From positions 730 to 64,729 of the forward strand of contig CAMMDS010000005.1 of assembly GCA_946495655.1 (NCBI GenBank): a stretch of DNA of 64,000 nucleotides, in the 5' to 3' direction. The stretch comes from an uncultured Clostridium sp. GTDB taxonomy: Bacteria > Bacillota > Clostridia > TANB77 > CAG-508. This document shows positions 9,580 to 18,831 of the stretch, piece by piece. The position numbers and the translations under genes are program-made. Position 1 is the stretch's first letter; every line of letters starts with the position of its first letter. The notes beneath the pieces were generated by a model. That model saw nothing but the letters and a program-made list of their open reading frames with translations. It was not told the DNA's origin and did not search any database.

Positions 9580-10059
9580 GTGGCAATAAGACAAATAAGA
9601 GAAAATGGAGATGAAATCTTAAGAAAAAAATCCAGAGAAGTTGAAGTAGTAGATGATAAAATAAGAGAACTATTAGATGATATGTTAGAAACAATGCATA
9701 AATATAATGGGGTGGGTCTTGCTGCTCCTCAAGTAGGAATATTAAAGAGAGTTGTAGTAATTGATTTATATGATGGAAATGATCCATTAAAATTGGTTAA
9801 TCCTAAAATTATAAAGCAAAAAGGAAAACAAGAAGTAGAAGAAGGATGTTTGAGTTTTCCAAATCAATATGCAAAAATGATTAGACCTGAGGAAATTGTG
9901 GCAGAAGCATTAAATGAAAAAGGTGAAAAAATAAAGATAAAAGCAAAAGGTTTACTTGCACAAGCAATTTGTCATGAAGTGGATCATTTAGACGGTATTC
10001 TATTTATAGACAACATGATACCAGGTACATTAGAATATGTAGAACCAAAAGAAGATTAA
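9580..10059 (+). CDS. def: peptide deformylase
   Basis: GVGLAAPQ, EGCLS and HEVDH motifs; GTG start after aaggaggg. Confidence 0.95.
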   Translation: MAIRQIRENGDEILRKKSREVEVVDDKIRELLDDMLETMHKYNGVGLAAPQVGILKRVVVIDLYDGNDPLKLVNPKIIKQKGKQEVEEGCLSFPNQYAKMIRPEEIVAEALNEKGEKIKIKAKGLLAQAICHEVDHLDGILFIDNMIPGTLEYVEPKED

Positions 10060-10121
10060 ATATATAAAAATCAGACTTGGACAAAAAGGAGTGTTCCTCC
10101 GTCCAAAAGGAGGTATAGAAG

Positions 10122-11108
10122 ATGCTTAGAATAGTTTTTATGGGAACACCTGATTTTGCAGAAAAATCACTTGAAAAAGTATATGAAGCGGGATATGAAA
10201 TAGAAGCGGTTGTTACAAATCCTGATAAACCCAAAGGAAGAGGAATGAAATTAATACCATCTCCAGTAAAACAGTATGCAGAAGAAAAAGGAATAAAAGT
10301 ATTGCAACCACTAAAAGTAAAAAATAATGACGAATTCATAAATGAAATAAAGAGAATTAATCCAGATGTTATTTGTGTTGTAGCATATGGAAAAATACTA
10401 CCAAAAGAATTATTAGATATACCAAAGCTAGGCTGTATTAATGTTCATGGTTCACTACTTCCAAAATACAGAGGTGCAGCTCCAATACAATGGGCTGTAC
10501 TTAATGGAGATAAAAAAACTGGAATTACAACAATGTACATGGATGTTGGAATGGATACAGGTGATATGATTTTAAAAGAAGAAACAGAAATCGGTGATAA
10601 TGAAACTACTGGTGAATTATGGAACAGACTATCAGTAATAGGTGGAAATCTACTAGTAAAAACTTTAAAATTAATAGAAGAAGGAAAAGCTCCGAGAGAA
10701 AAACAAGGAGAAAATTTTACTTTAGCACCAATGCTTAATAAAGGAATGGCTAAAATTGATTGGCAAAACCAAACAGCAGAAGGGATAAAAAATTTAGTTA
10801 GAGGATTAAATCCTATTATGGGTGCATATAGTTTTCTCAATGAAAAGAAAATAAAGTTTTGGAAAGTTGAAATATTGAATGAAAGTGAATTGATGTTAGA
10901 ATTTCCAGAGCTAGAGGAATATTCATATAAAATGAAAAATATTGAACCAGGAACAGTATTATTTTCGGATGCAAAAAAAGGATTATATATAAAAGCAAAC
11001 GGAGGAATAATTAAAGTTTTAGAAATACAAGGAGAAAACTCAAAGAAAATGTTATCTAATGAATTCTTAAGAGGAAATAAAATAGAAGTAGGAAATATAT
11101 TTGAATAA
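10122..11108 (+). CDS. fmt: methionyl-tRNA formyltransferase
   Basis: MLRIVFMGTPDFA..., HGSLLPKYRGAAPIQWA motif; downstream of def. Confidence 0.95.
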   Translation: MLRIVFMGTPDFAEKSLEKVYEAGYEIEAVVTNPDKPKGRGMKLIPSPVKQYAEEKGIKVLQPLKVKNNDEFINEIKRINPDVICVVAYGKILPKELLDIPKLGCINVHGSLLPKYRGAAPIQWAVLNGDKKTGITTMYMDVGMDTGDMILKEETEIGDNETTGELWNRLSVIGGNLLVKTLKLIEEGKAPREKQGENFTLAPMLNKGMAKIDWQNQTAEGIKNLVRGLNPIMGAYSFLNEKKIKFWKVEILNESELMLEFPELEEYSYKMKNIEPGTVLFSDAKKGLYIKANGGIIKVLEIQGENSKKMLSNEFLRGNKIEVGNIFE

Positions 11109-11332
11109 TAGAAAAATTAGAATTAGTAAAGCTATAGATTGAAATGCAGTCTATAGCTTTATGTATATAAAAAATACATCAAAAGTTTACATAAAAAACA
11201 TAAATTTAACAAAAATTGTTGCAAAAATTGTAGTATAATAGTATAATATATACTGTGTGAATATAAAATAAAAGTAATACAAACCTAGTTTAAGTGCATA
11301 ATATAATATAGATAAATAAAAAGGAGAATAAA

Positions 11333-12559
11333 ATGGAATATTTATATATGATCCAACAAGCGCTTGTATGGTTATTAACGATATTTTGGGGTTATCAATT
11401 AGTGATAAGTATATGTTCATTAGTAAAGTTGAAAGATAAACCAATATTAGAAGAAAAAACTAATAAATTTATGGCGATTATCCCTGCACATAATGAAGAA
11501 AATGTTATAGAGGCTTTAATTGAGAGTCTTAACAAACAAGACTACCCAAAAGATTATTATGATATTTATGTTATTGCAGATAATTGTACAGACAGAACTG
11601 CAGAAATAGCTAGAAAATGTGGTGCTATTGTTATGGAAAGATTTGACGAAGAACATAAAACAAAGGGATATGCTTTACAATGGTTCTTAAGTCAAAAAAT
11701 AGAAGAAGATGCACCATATGATGCATTCTGTATATTTGATGCTGATAATATTGTTGATAAAAACTTTTTAAAAGCTATGAATAAAAAGTTATGTCAAGGA
11801 GAAGAAGTTGTTCAAGGCTATAGAGATATAAAGAACCCTACAGATAGTTGGGTATCTGCAGGTTATGCGCTATTTTATTGGACAATGAATAGATTTTATC
11901 ATTTAGCAAGATATAATTTAGGACTATCTCCCCTAATAAATGGTACTGGTTTTATGGTTAAATTTGATGTTGTAAAACCAGAAGGATGGAATACTAAAAC
12001 TCTAACAGAGGATATAGAATTCTCTTTAAAAAGAATAATTAAAGGAAAAAGATTGGGTTGGGCAACTGATGCAATAGTATATGATGAGCAACCAGTTGGA
12101 TTTAAACAATCTTGGAAACAAAGAACAAGATGGACAGTTGGACATATACAATGTTTAAGTCAGTATACAAAACCATTAGCTGCAGCAGTAAAAGAAAACA
12201 AAACTCTTATGAATTTTGATGGACTTTTATATATACTTGGTACAATGCCAATGTTTGTATTAACTCTAGTTTTATTAATATTAAACTTTGTAATATTTGC
12301 TTCAAATGGAATGACAGTAACAGATTTAGTAATAAATTGTTTAAGATATTTAATACCGACATTCCTTTTACCAATATTTACAGCTATTTTGATAATGATA
12401 TTGGATAAGAAACCAATAAGACCAATGCTTAAAGGATTAATATGTTATCCGCTATTCTTAGGTTCATGGTTAGTAATAAACTTTAAATGTTTATTCAAAC
12501 GTGATACAAGTTGGGATAAGATAGAGCATGTTAGAAATGTAAAAATAAATGAAGTATAA
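11333..12559 (+). CDS. membrane-bound processive family-2 glycosyltransferase (PgaC/IcaA/cellulose-synthase-like)
   Basis: IPAHNEE, FDADN (DxD), TEDIEFS and QRTRWTVG (Q-x-x-RW) motifs; N- and C-terminal TM helices. Confidence 0.8.
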   Translation: MEYLYMIQQALVWLLTIFWGYQLVISICSLVKLKDKPILEEKTNKFMAIIPAHNEENVIEALIESLNKQDYPKDYYDIYVIADNCTDRTAEIARKCGAIVMERFDEEHKTKGYALQWFLSQKIEEDAPYDAFCIFDADNIVDKNFLKAMNKKLCQGEEVVQGYRDIKNPTDSWVSAGYALFYWTMNRFYHLARYNLGLSPLINGTGFMVKFDVVKPEGWNTKTLTEDIEFSLKRIIKGKRLGWATDAIVYDEQPVGFKQSWKQRTRWTVGHIQCLSQYTKPLAAAVKENKTLMNFDGLLYILGTMPMFVLTLVLLILNFVIFASNGMTVTDLVINCLRYLIPTFLLPIFTAILIMILDKKPIRPMLKGLICYPLFLGSWLVINFKCLFKRDTSWDKIEHVRNVKINEV

Positions 12560-12661
12560 ATAGAAAAAGTAATGCAAATATAAAATTGCATTACTTTTTT
12601 ACGTCATTTTCTTGATAGCTATTACATAAAATGGTATAATCTAGATTGGAGAGTGAAAAAA

Positions 12662-13507
12662 ATGAATCTAGGAAATAAAACAAAAGTATATGCTTTTGTT
12701 GGACCATCAGGTACAGGTAAAAGTTATAGAGCACAGATGGTAGCTAACGAAAACGATATACATTATATAATAGATGATGGCCTTTTAATAAATGAAAATG
12801 ATGTAGTAGCAGGAAATTCAGCTAAAAAAGCTCCAACAAAAATAGAGACTGTAAAAAAAGCTATATTCATTGATAAAAAAGATAGGGATGAAATGAGAGA
12901 AGCCTTAAGAAAAATAAAACCAGAATCAATACTGATTTTGGGTACGTCTGATGGAATGATAGAAAAAATAACAGAAAATTTAGGATTACCAAAACCAGAA
13001 AAAACAATATATATAAATGAAGTAGCAACAGAAACAGAGATGGAAACTGCAAGAAGAATAAGAACTACTGAGGGGAAACATGTAATACCAGTTCCAACAT
13101 TTGAAATAAAAAGAGATTTTGCAGGATATATATTAGATCCGCTGCAAATATTTAAGTATAGGAGAAATGATACTCCGTATATATCTGAAAAATCAATAAT
13201 AAGACCAACATTTAGCTATCTTGGAAAATTTACAATTTCAGATACAGTTTTTAGACAAATAACTGAGTATGTGGCTAAAAAAACAGAGGGAATACACAGA
13301 GTTTCGAGAGTAAGAGTGGAAAATTCAGTAGGAGCCACTAATATTTATGTGGAAGTTTATGTTATATTCGGGTATAATATAGTGAATGTTTTGAGAGATT
13401 TTAAACAAAAAGTAAAAAAAGAAATAGAAAGACTAACAACAATGAATGTTCAAGAAGTATCTGTAGTGGCTAAAGGAATACATATGCCAGAAGAGCAAAA
13501 CAAATAA
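12662..13507 (+). CDS. P-loop NTPase fused to an Asp23/Gls24-like C-terminal domain
   Basis: Walker A GPSGTGKS near the N-terminus. C-terminal ...ISDTVFRQITEYVAKKTEGIHRVSRVRVEN...YVEVYVIFGYNIVNVLRDFKQKVKKEIERLT resembles Asp23-family proteins. Sigma-A-like promoter ttgata-17-tataat lies upstream. Confidence 0.55.
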   Translation: MNLGNKTKVYAFVGPSGTGKSYRAQMVANENDIHYIIDDGLLINENDVVAGNSAKKAPTKIETVKKAIFIDKKDRDEMREALRKIKPESILILGTSDGMIEKITENLGLPKPEKTIYINEVATETEMETARRIRTTEGKHVIPVPTFEIKRDFAGYILDPLQIFKYRRNDTPYISEKSIIRPTFSYLGKFTISDTVFRQITEYVAKKTEGIHRVSRVRVENSVGATNIYVEVYVIFGYNIVNVLRDFKQKVKKEIERLTTMNVQEVSVVAKGIHMPEEQNK

Positions 13508-13553
13508 GTAATATTTCTTGGGGATATATTTATTGTTAGAATAGGAGGAAAAA

Positions 13554-14849
13554 ATGTCATTTATAGTAGCAATTGATGGGCCAGCAGGTACAGGAAAAGG
13601 AACAGTTACGAAAATTTTATCTAAGAAATTTAACTTAGTAAATATAGATACTGGTGCAACATATAGATGTGTAACACTAGATATGATAAATAAAGGAATT
13701 AAAATAGATGAATTAGATAAAATAATAGAATTATTAAAAGAAATAAAAATAGATTTGAAAATTGAAAATGGTAAACAATTAGTATTTTTAAATGGAAAAA
13801 ATGTTACTAAAGAAATTAGAAGTAAAGAAGTTTCAGAATTAGTATCACAAGTTTCTAGCATTAAAGAAGTTCGTTTGAGTATGGTAGATTTACAAAGAAA
13901 AATGGCAGAAGGAAAGAATGTAATTATGGAAGGTCGAGATATCGGCACTTACGTATTTCCTGCAGCAGACGTAAAAATATATTTAGATGCTGATCTTGAA
14001 GAAAGAGCAAAAAGAAGATTCAAGCAAAATAAAGAAAATGGTATAGATATGTCATATGTAGACATATTAGAAAATATTAAAAAAAGAGATGAAAATGATA
14101 AGAAAAAAGAAATAGGTGCATTAAAAGTAGCACGTGATGCAGAAGTTATAGATAGTACAAGCATGTGTATTAATGGAGTCGTAAGAGAGATTAGTGCTAT
14201 TATAAAGAAAAAACAAAAAGACTTAAAAATGCAAGAAAAAATATATAAGATGCGCAAAGAAACTGGATGGAAAAAGTTTGTTAGAAAATTAGTAAAAGTA
14301 GTTTTAAATGCCGTATATAGAATTGCATTTAGAGTAAAAATATCAGGAGAAGTACCAAATGAAGGTGCGTACATTTTATGCTGTAATCATATAAATTATC
14401 TTGATGCTGCAGCAATAGTTCTTTTTAATAAAAGAAAAGTAAATTTTGTTGCAAAAGAAGATTTATTCACACATGGAATTTTGATGTGGCTTGGACATTT
14501 ATTTGATGCCATACCAATAAAACGTGATATGCAAGATATTGAAGCAATGAAAAGATGTTTAAAAGTTCTAAAAAATGGAGAACTTTTAGGTATATTCCCT
14601 GAAGGAACTAGAAAAGGTATGGAAAAAAACATGAAAGCTAAGAATGGAGCTGCTTTTATGGCAATAAAATCAAATGTGAAAGTAATACCAATAGGAATAC
14701 ATGGTACATTCAAACCTTTTAGTAAAGTATACGTAAATTATGGTGAACCAATTGATTTAAGTGAATACAAAGGACAAAAAGAAAAACTAGACGAAGCAAC
14801 AGAAAAAATTATGGAAGCCATAGTTATGTTGACAAAAAAAGAAGATTAG
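13554..14849 (+). CDS. cmk: fusion of cytidylate kinase and 1-acyl-sn-glycerol-3-phosphate acyltransferase (PlsC-like)
   Basis: N-terminal IAIDGPAGTGKGT...DTGATYR (Cmk). C-terminal CNHINYLD (HX4D) and FPEGTR acyltransferase motifs in one 431-aa ORF. Confidence 0.85.
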   Translation: MSFIVAIDGPAGTGKGTVTKILSKKFNLVNIDTGATYRCVTLDMINKGIKIDELDKIIELLKEIKIDLKIENGKQLVFLNGKNVTKEIRSKEVSELVSQVSSIKEVRLSMVDLQRKMAEGKNVIMEGRDIGTYVFPAADVKIYLDADLEERAKRRFKQNKENGIDMSYVDILENIKKRDENDKKKEIGALKVARDAEVIDSTSMCINGVVREISAIIKKKQKDLKMQEKIYKMRKETGWKKFVRKLVKVVLNAVYRIAFRVKISGEVPNEGAYILCCNHINYLDAAAIVLFNKRKVNFVAKEDLFTHGILMWLGHLFDAIPIKRDMQDIEAMKRCLKVLKNGELLGIFPEGTRKGMEKNMKAKNGAAFMAIKSNVKVIPIGIHGTFKPFSKVYVNYGEPIDLSEYKGQKEKLDEATEKIMEAIVMLTKKED

Positions 14850-14895
14850 AGTATAATAGAGAAGTTGGATTTTTTAACTTTTCGATTGAATCATC

Positions 14896-15075
14896 AAGTT
14901 AAACGTGTATTTCTCAAATTTTTTTGTACCTTGTGTGTCGCAAACATATAACCACAATTAAAAATAAATTTTTAATTGTGCTCGTTTGCTCCAGTTCGCA
15001 CTCGTCTTTTGAGAAAAGACTCGTTTGATCGCTTACGCGGTACTGCAAAAATTTTTGAAATATACGTTTAACTTA
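14896..15075. repeat. about 180-bp structured element with ~35-bp imperfect terminal inverted repeats (MITE-like or sRNA)
   Basis: aagttaaacgtgtatttctcaaatttttttgtacc ... ggtactgcaaaaatttttgaaatatacgtttaactt. Internal hairpins cacaattaaaaa..tttttaattgtg and gtcttttgagaaaagac; locally GC-richer. Confidence 0.5.
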
Positions 15076-15141
15076 ATAATAAAAAATATATAAGTAATAA
15101 ATTTGAAAAGATTTGTGCATTAGAAAGGATTGAAATTAAAA

Positions 15142-16953
15142 ATGAATAACCAAAAAATAAGAAACGTAGCAATAATAGCACACGTAGATCATGGAAAAAC
15201 TACATTAGTTGATGCACTTTTAATACAAAGCCATGTTTTTAGAGCAAATGAGCAAGTAGACGAAAGAATAATGGACTCAAATGCTATAGAAAAAGAAAGA
15301 GGAATTACAATATTAGCTAAAAATACATCTGTAATGTATAATGGAACTAAGATAAATATAGTAGATACACCAGGACACGCCGATTTTGGTGGAGAAGTTG
15401 AGCGTGTTTTAAAAATGGTTGATGGTGTACTTTTATTAGTTGATGCTTTTGAAGGGCCAATGCCTCAAACAAGAGAAGTATTAAAAAAATCATTAGCACT
15501 TAACTTAAAACCAATAGTAATTATTAACAAAATAGATAGACCAGGTGCAGAACCACTTAAAGTAGTAGATAAAGTATTAGAACTATTTATAGAACTTGAT
15601 GCAAATGATGAGCAATTAGATTTCCCAGTAATATATGCATCTGCAAAAAATGGAATAGCAAAAATGCATTTAGAAGATGAGAGTGATAATGTAAATTGCA
15701 TATTTGATACAATAATTTCAAATATAGAACCACCAAAATGTGAAATTGATGGAGCTATGCAAATGCTTGTATCAAACATAGATTATGATGATTATTTAGG
15801 AAGAATTGCAGTAGGAAGAATAGAAAGAGGAACAATCAATTCTGGAATGAGTGTAGCAGTATGCAAGCAAGACAAAACAGAAAATGGAAAACTTGCTAAA
15901 CTATTTACTTATGAAGGATTAAAAAGAGTAGAAACAGAATCTGTATCTGCAGGAGATATAGTATGTGTTTCAGGAATTCCTGATATAAACATAGGTGATA
16001 CAATATGTGATATAAATAATCCAGAAAAAATACCATTTGTAGATATAGACGAACCAACTGTATCTATGACATTTAGTGTAAATAATGGACCATTTGCAGG
16101 AAAAGAAGGACAATTTGTAACATCAAGACATATACGTGATAGATTAATGAAAGAACTAGAAAGAAATGTAAGTCTACGTGTTAGAGAAACGGACTCAGCA
16201 GATAGTTTTGAAGTATGTGGACGTGGAGAGCTTCATTTATCAGTATTAATTGAAAATATGAGAAGAGAAGGATTTGAACTTTTAGTATCTCGTCCAAAGG
16301 TAATTTTCAAAGAAATTGATGGAGTAAAATGTGAACCAATAGAAAGATTAGTTGTAAATGTACCAGATGACTGCATAGGAAATGTTATAGAAAAGCTTGG
16401 AAGACGTAAAGCAGAAATGATAAATATGGAACCGCTTGACACAGGACATACAAAAGTAGAATTTAAAATACCAGCAAGAGGAATTATAGGATACAGAACA
16501 GAATTCTTGACAGATACAAAAGGTGAAGGTACAATGAATAGCATATTCGATTGCTATGAGCCATATAAAGGTGATATACAAGCACGTACAAGAGGTGTAC
16601 TAGTAGCATTTGAACAAGGAACTTCTGTAACATATGGATTATATAATGCACAAGAAAGAGGAGAGCTATTCATAGGGGCTGGTGTAGAAGTATATGAAGG
16701 TATGATAGTTGGAATAAACTCTAGAAATGAAGATATTTCAATAAATGTATGTAAAGAAAAACATTTAACAAATACAAGAGCTTCAGGATCAGATGATGCA
16801 TTAAGATTAGTACCACCAATTCAGCTATCACTTGAAAAGGCAATAGAATTCATACAAGATGATGAGTTAGTAGAAGTAACACCAAAAAATATTCGTTTAA
16901 GAAAGAAAATATTAGATAGTAAAACAAGAGAAAGAGAAGCAAGAAAAAAATAA
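15142..16953 (+). CDS. typA: translational GTPase TypA/BipA
   Basis: IRNVAIIAHVDHGKTTL, DTPGHADFGGEV and NKIDR G-motifs; about 600 aa. Confidence 0.95.
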   Translation: MNNQKIRNVAIIAHVDHGKTTLVDALLIQSHVFRANEQVDERIMDSNAIEKERGITILAKNTSVMYNGTKINIVDTPGHADFGGEVERVLKMVDGVLLLVDAFEGPMPQTREVLKKSLALNLKPIVIINKIDRPGAEPLKVVDKVLELFIELDANDEQLDFPVIYASAKNGIAKMHLEDESDNVNCIFDTIISNIEPPKCEIDGAMQMLVSNIDYDDYLGRIAVGRIERGTINSGMSVAVCKQDKTENGKLAKLFTYEGLKRVETESVSAGDIVCVSGIPDINIGDTICDINNPEKIPFVDIDEPTVSMTFSVNNGPFAGKEGQFVTSRHIRDRLMKELERNVSLRVRETDSADSFEVCGRGELHLSVLIENMRREGFELLVSRPKVIFKEIDGVKCEPIERLVVNVPDDCIGNVIEKLGRRKAEMINMEPLDTGHTKVEFKIPARGIIGYRTEFLTDTKGEGTMNSIFDCYEPYKGDIQARTRGVLVAFEQGTSVTYGLYNAQERGELFIGAGVEVYEGMIVGINSRNEDISINVCKEKHLTNTRASGSDDALRLVPPIQLSLEKAIEFIQDDELVEVTPKNIRLRKKILDSKTREREARKK

Positions 16954-16956
16954 ATT

Positions 16957-17078
16957 GGGACAAGGGGACGCACGATTTGTTCCAAAAATGAAACATGGGG
17001 ACAGACTTGTAAATTGATTTTTATATATGTCTGTCCCTTTGTTGCAAAAATGAAACAAATCGTGCGTCCCCTTGTCCC
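16957..17078. repeat. type-3 palindrome carrying a nested GGGGACAGAC hairpin element flanked by a 13-bp direct repeat
   Basis: Outer arms gggacaaggggacgcacgatttgtt / aacaaatcgtgcgtccccttgtccc. Inner 49-bp element 16996..17044 is bounded by caaaaatgaaaca at 16983..16995 and 17045..17057. Confidence 0.8.
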
Positions 17079-17094
17079 AGAAAGGGAGAAAAAA

Positions 17095-17685
17095 TTGAAT
17101 AGATTAGAATTAGCAAAGATAAAAGAAAAAGCTTTAGAAAACCATATTCCAATAATTATGGATGATACTCTAGAAGTAATAGAAAAAGAATTAGAGCAAA
17201 ACAAACCTAACAAGATATTAGAAATTGGCACAGCAGTTGGATATTCTGCTATTTGTTTTTCTGAATTTTTACAAAAAGATGGCATAATTGATACGATAGA
17301 AAGAGAGAAAGATAGAGTTATTGAAGCAAAAGAAAATATAAAAAAAGCAGAAGTTGAAAATAAAATTAATATTTTAGAAGGAGATGCAGTAGAAATTCTC
17401 CCAACATTACAAGGAAAATATGATGTGGTTTTCATAGATGCATCAAAAGGAAAATATCCATTTTTTCTAAAAGAAGCTTTAAGAATGCTTGCACCAAAAG
17501 GAATAATTTTTGCAGATAATGTTTTATATAAAGGTTATGTTTTGAGTGACTATAATAAACATAAACAACGTACAGCAGTGAGAAATTTAAGAGGATTTTT
17601 AGCTGAATTACAATCGAACGAAAACTTAGAAACGAAAATATTAGAAGTGGGAGATGGATTAGCAATAGCTAGAAAGAAAGAGTAA
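17095..17685 (+). CDS. class I SAM-dependent O-methyltransferase (YrrM/TrmR-like)
   Basis: ILEIGTAVGYSAICF SAM motif and VFIDASKGKY. The likely start is TTG 17095 after RBS aaagggag; the ORF-track start 17014 lies inside the repeat. Confidence 0.75.
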   Translation: MNRLELAKIKEKALENHIPIIMDDTLEVIEKELEQNKPNKILEIGTAVGYSAICFSEFLQKDGIIDTIEREKDRVIEAKENIKKAEVENKINILEGDAVEILPTLQGKYDVVFIDASKGKYPFFLKEALRMLAPKGIIFADNVLYKGYVLSDYNKHKQRTAVRNLRGFLAELQSNENLETKILEVGDGLAIARKKE

Positions 17686-17688
17686 AAT

Positions 17689-17721
17689 AATACGGTTTAC
17701 ATATTAAATGTAAACCGTATT
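17689..17721. terminator. bidirectional terminator hairpin
   Basis: 14-bp stem aatacggtttacat / atgtaaaccgtatt between convergent genes. Confidence 0.7.
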
Positions 17722-17727
17722 AGAAGG

Positions 17728-17940
17728 TTATGCTTGTTTGAGACGTTCAATGATTTGTAGAACCCGTGGATCAGAAGTTAATGGTAAATCATACTCTTCA
17801 TCAAAGGCTTCCTTAAGAAGTTCTTCAATTTCAGTATAATCTTGCTTTTTCAAAGCATTTTGAAATCTTCTGTTCCAAAAAGATTCATCTTGCTGCCTCT
17901 CAAATTCTTGCATCCGTTCTCCATAAGTAGCCTTCCGCAT
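17728..17940 (-). CDS. hypothetical small acidic protein (orphan, 70 aa)
   Basis: RBS aaggagg before the ATG. Contains three in-frame CGG codons. No family recognised. Confidence 0.4.
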   Translation of the reverse strand: MRKATYGERMQEFERQQDESFWNRRFQNALKKQDYTEIEELLKEAFDEEYDLPLTSDPRVLQIIERLKQA

Positions 17941-18004
17941 TGTGCAAACCTCCTTGCATAAAAAATTAGTATATAATTATTATATACTAATTTTTTTAAA
18001 ATGT

Positions 18005-18601
18005 CTATATTAAATACTTTATACAAGAAAGTACAGTATCGGTAACAAAAACTAAAATAAGAATGTTTACTACTACTATCTGAACTTTATAAGGTATTTT
18101 AGAAAGAATTATATTAATTTTCTTTTTGAAAAATGGATACACGAAATTTATAAATAATATAGCTATAATACCCCATGCAAAAGTATAAAATATACTTACA
18201 CGACCATTTAAATTCATAAATTCGCCTGTATAATCCCAACATTTTAAAGAAAATAATGCTTCCATACCAAAACTTACTAAATATTCAAATACTGTAAAGA
18301 TTAAAGCAGAATATATAAAAAGCTTTAAATTATGCTTTTTATATGTACTGAAAAACATTATTAATATTAAAGCTCCCCAACCATAGATTGGACAAAGTGG
18401 TCCAAACAAAAATCCTCTTTTAGTAAAGTGGCCTAAAGAATAAAAGCTAAAGCAAGTTTCTAATAACCATCCAATTATTGCAAATATTAAAAAATATATG
18501 AAATATAAATATATCCTTGGTAATTTCTTTTTTACAATCTTTTTTGTCTTGCTTTTTTTTATTGCTTTGTCTTTGTTTAAATTATCTGTTTCTTCCTCCA
18601 T
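18005..18601 (-). CDS. polytopic membrane protein (DUF1113 / putative ABC-transporter type IV-like)
   Basis: GFLFGPLCPIYGWGAL motif and 5-6 TM helices. ATG 18601 follows RBS aaagggga. Confidence 0.55.
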   Translation of the reverse strand: MEEETDNLNKDKAIKKSKTKKIVKKKLPRIYLYFIYFLIFAIIGWLLETCFSFYSLGHFTKRGFLFGPLCPIYGWGALILIMFFSTYKKHNLKLFIYSALIFTVFEYLVSFGMEALFSLKCWDYTGEFMNLNGRVSIFYTFAWGIIAILFINFVYPFFKKKINIILSKIPYKVQIVVVNILILVFVTDTVLSCIKYLI

Positions 18602-18831
18602 TTTAAACTCCCCTTTGATTAAGTACAATATATATAATATCAAATTTATTATAAAATGTAAATCTTATTAATAAAATATTAAGTGTTTAATTAAGATGTA
18701 AAGAGTAAATATATATTAAAAAGTTGAAGAAATTATGTAAACATGATATAATAATATATGAAGTTCTATAAAAATGCAATGAATATATTATTCGTTGCAA
18801 TAAACACATCTATAAATAGGAGGACATTACA

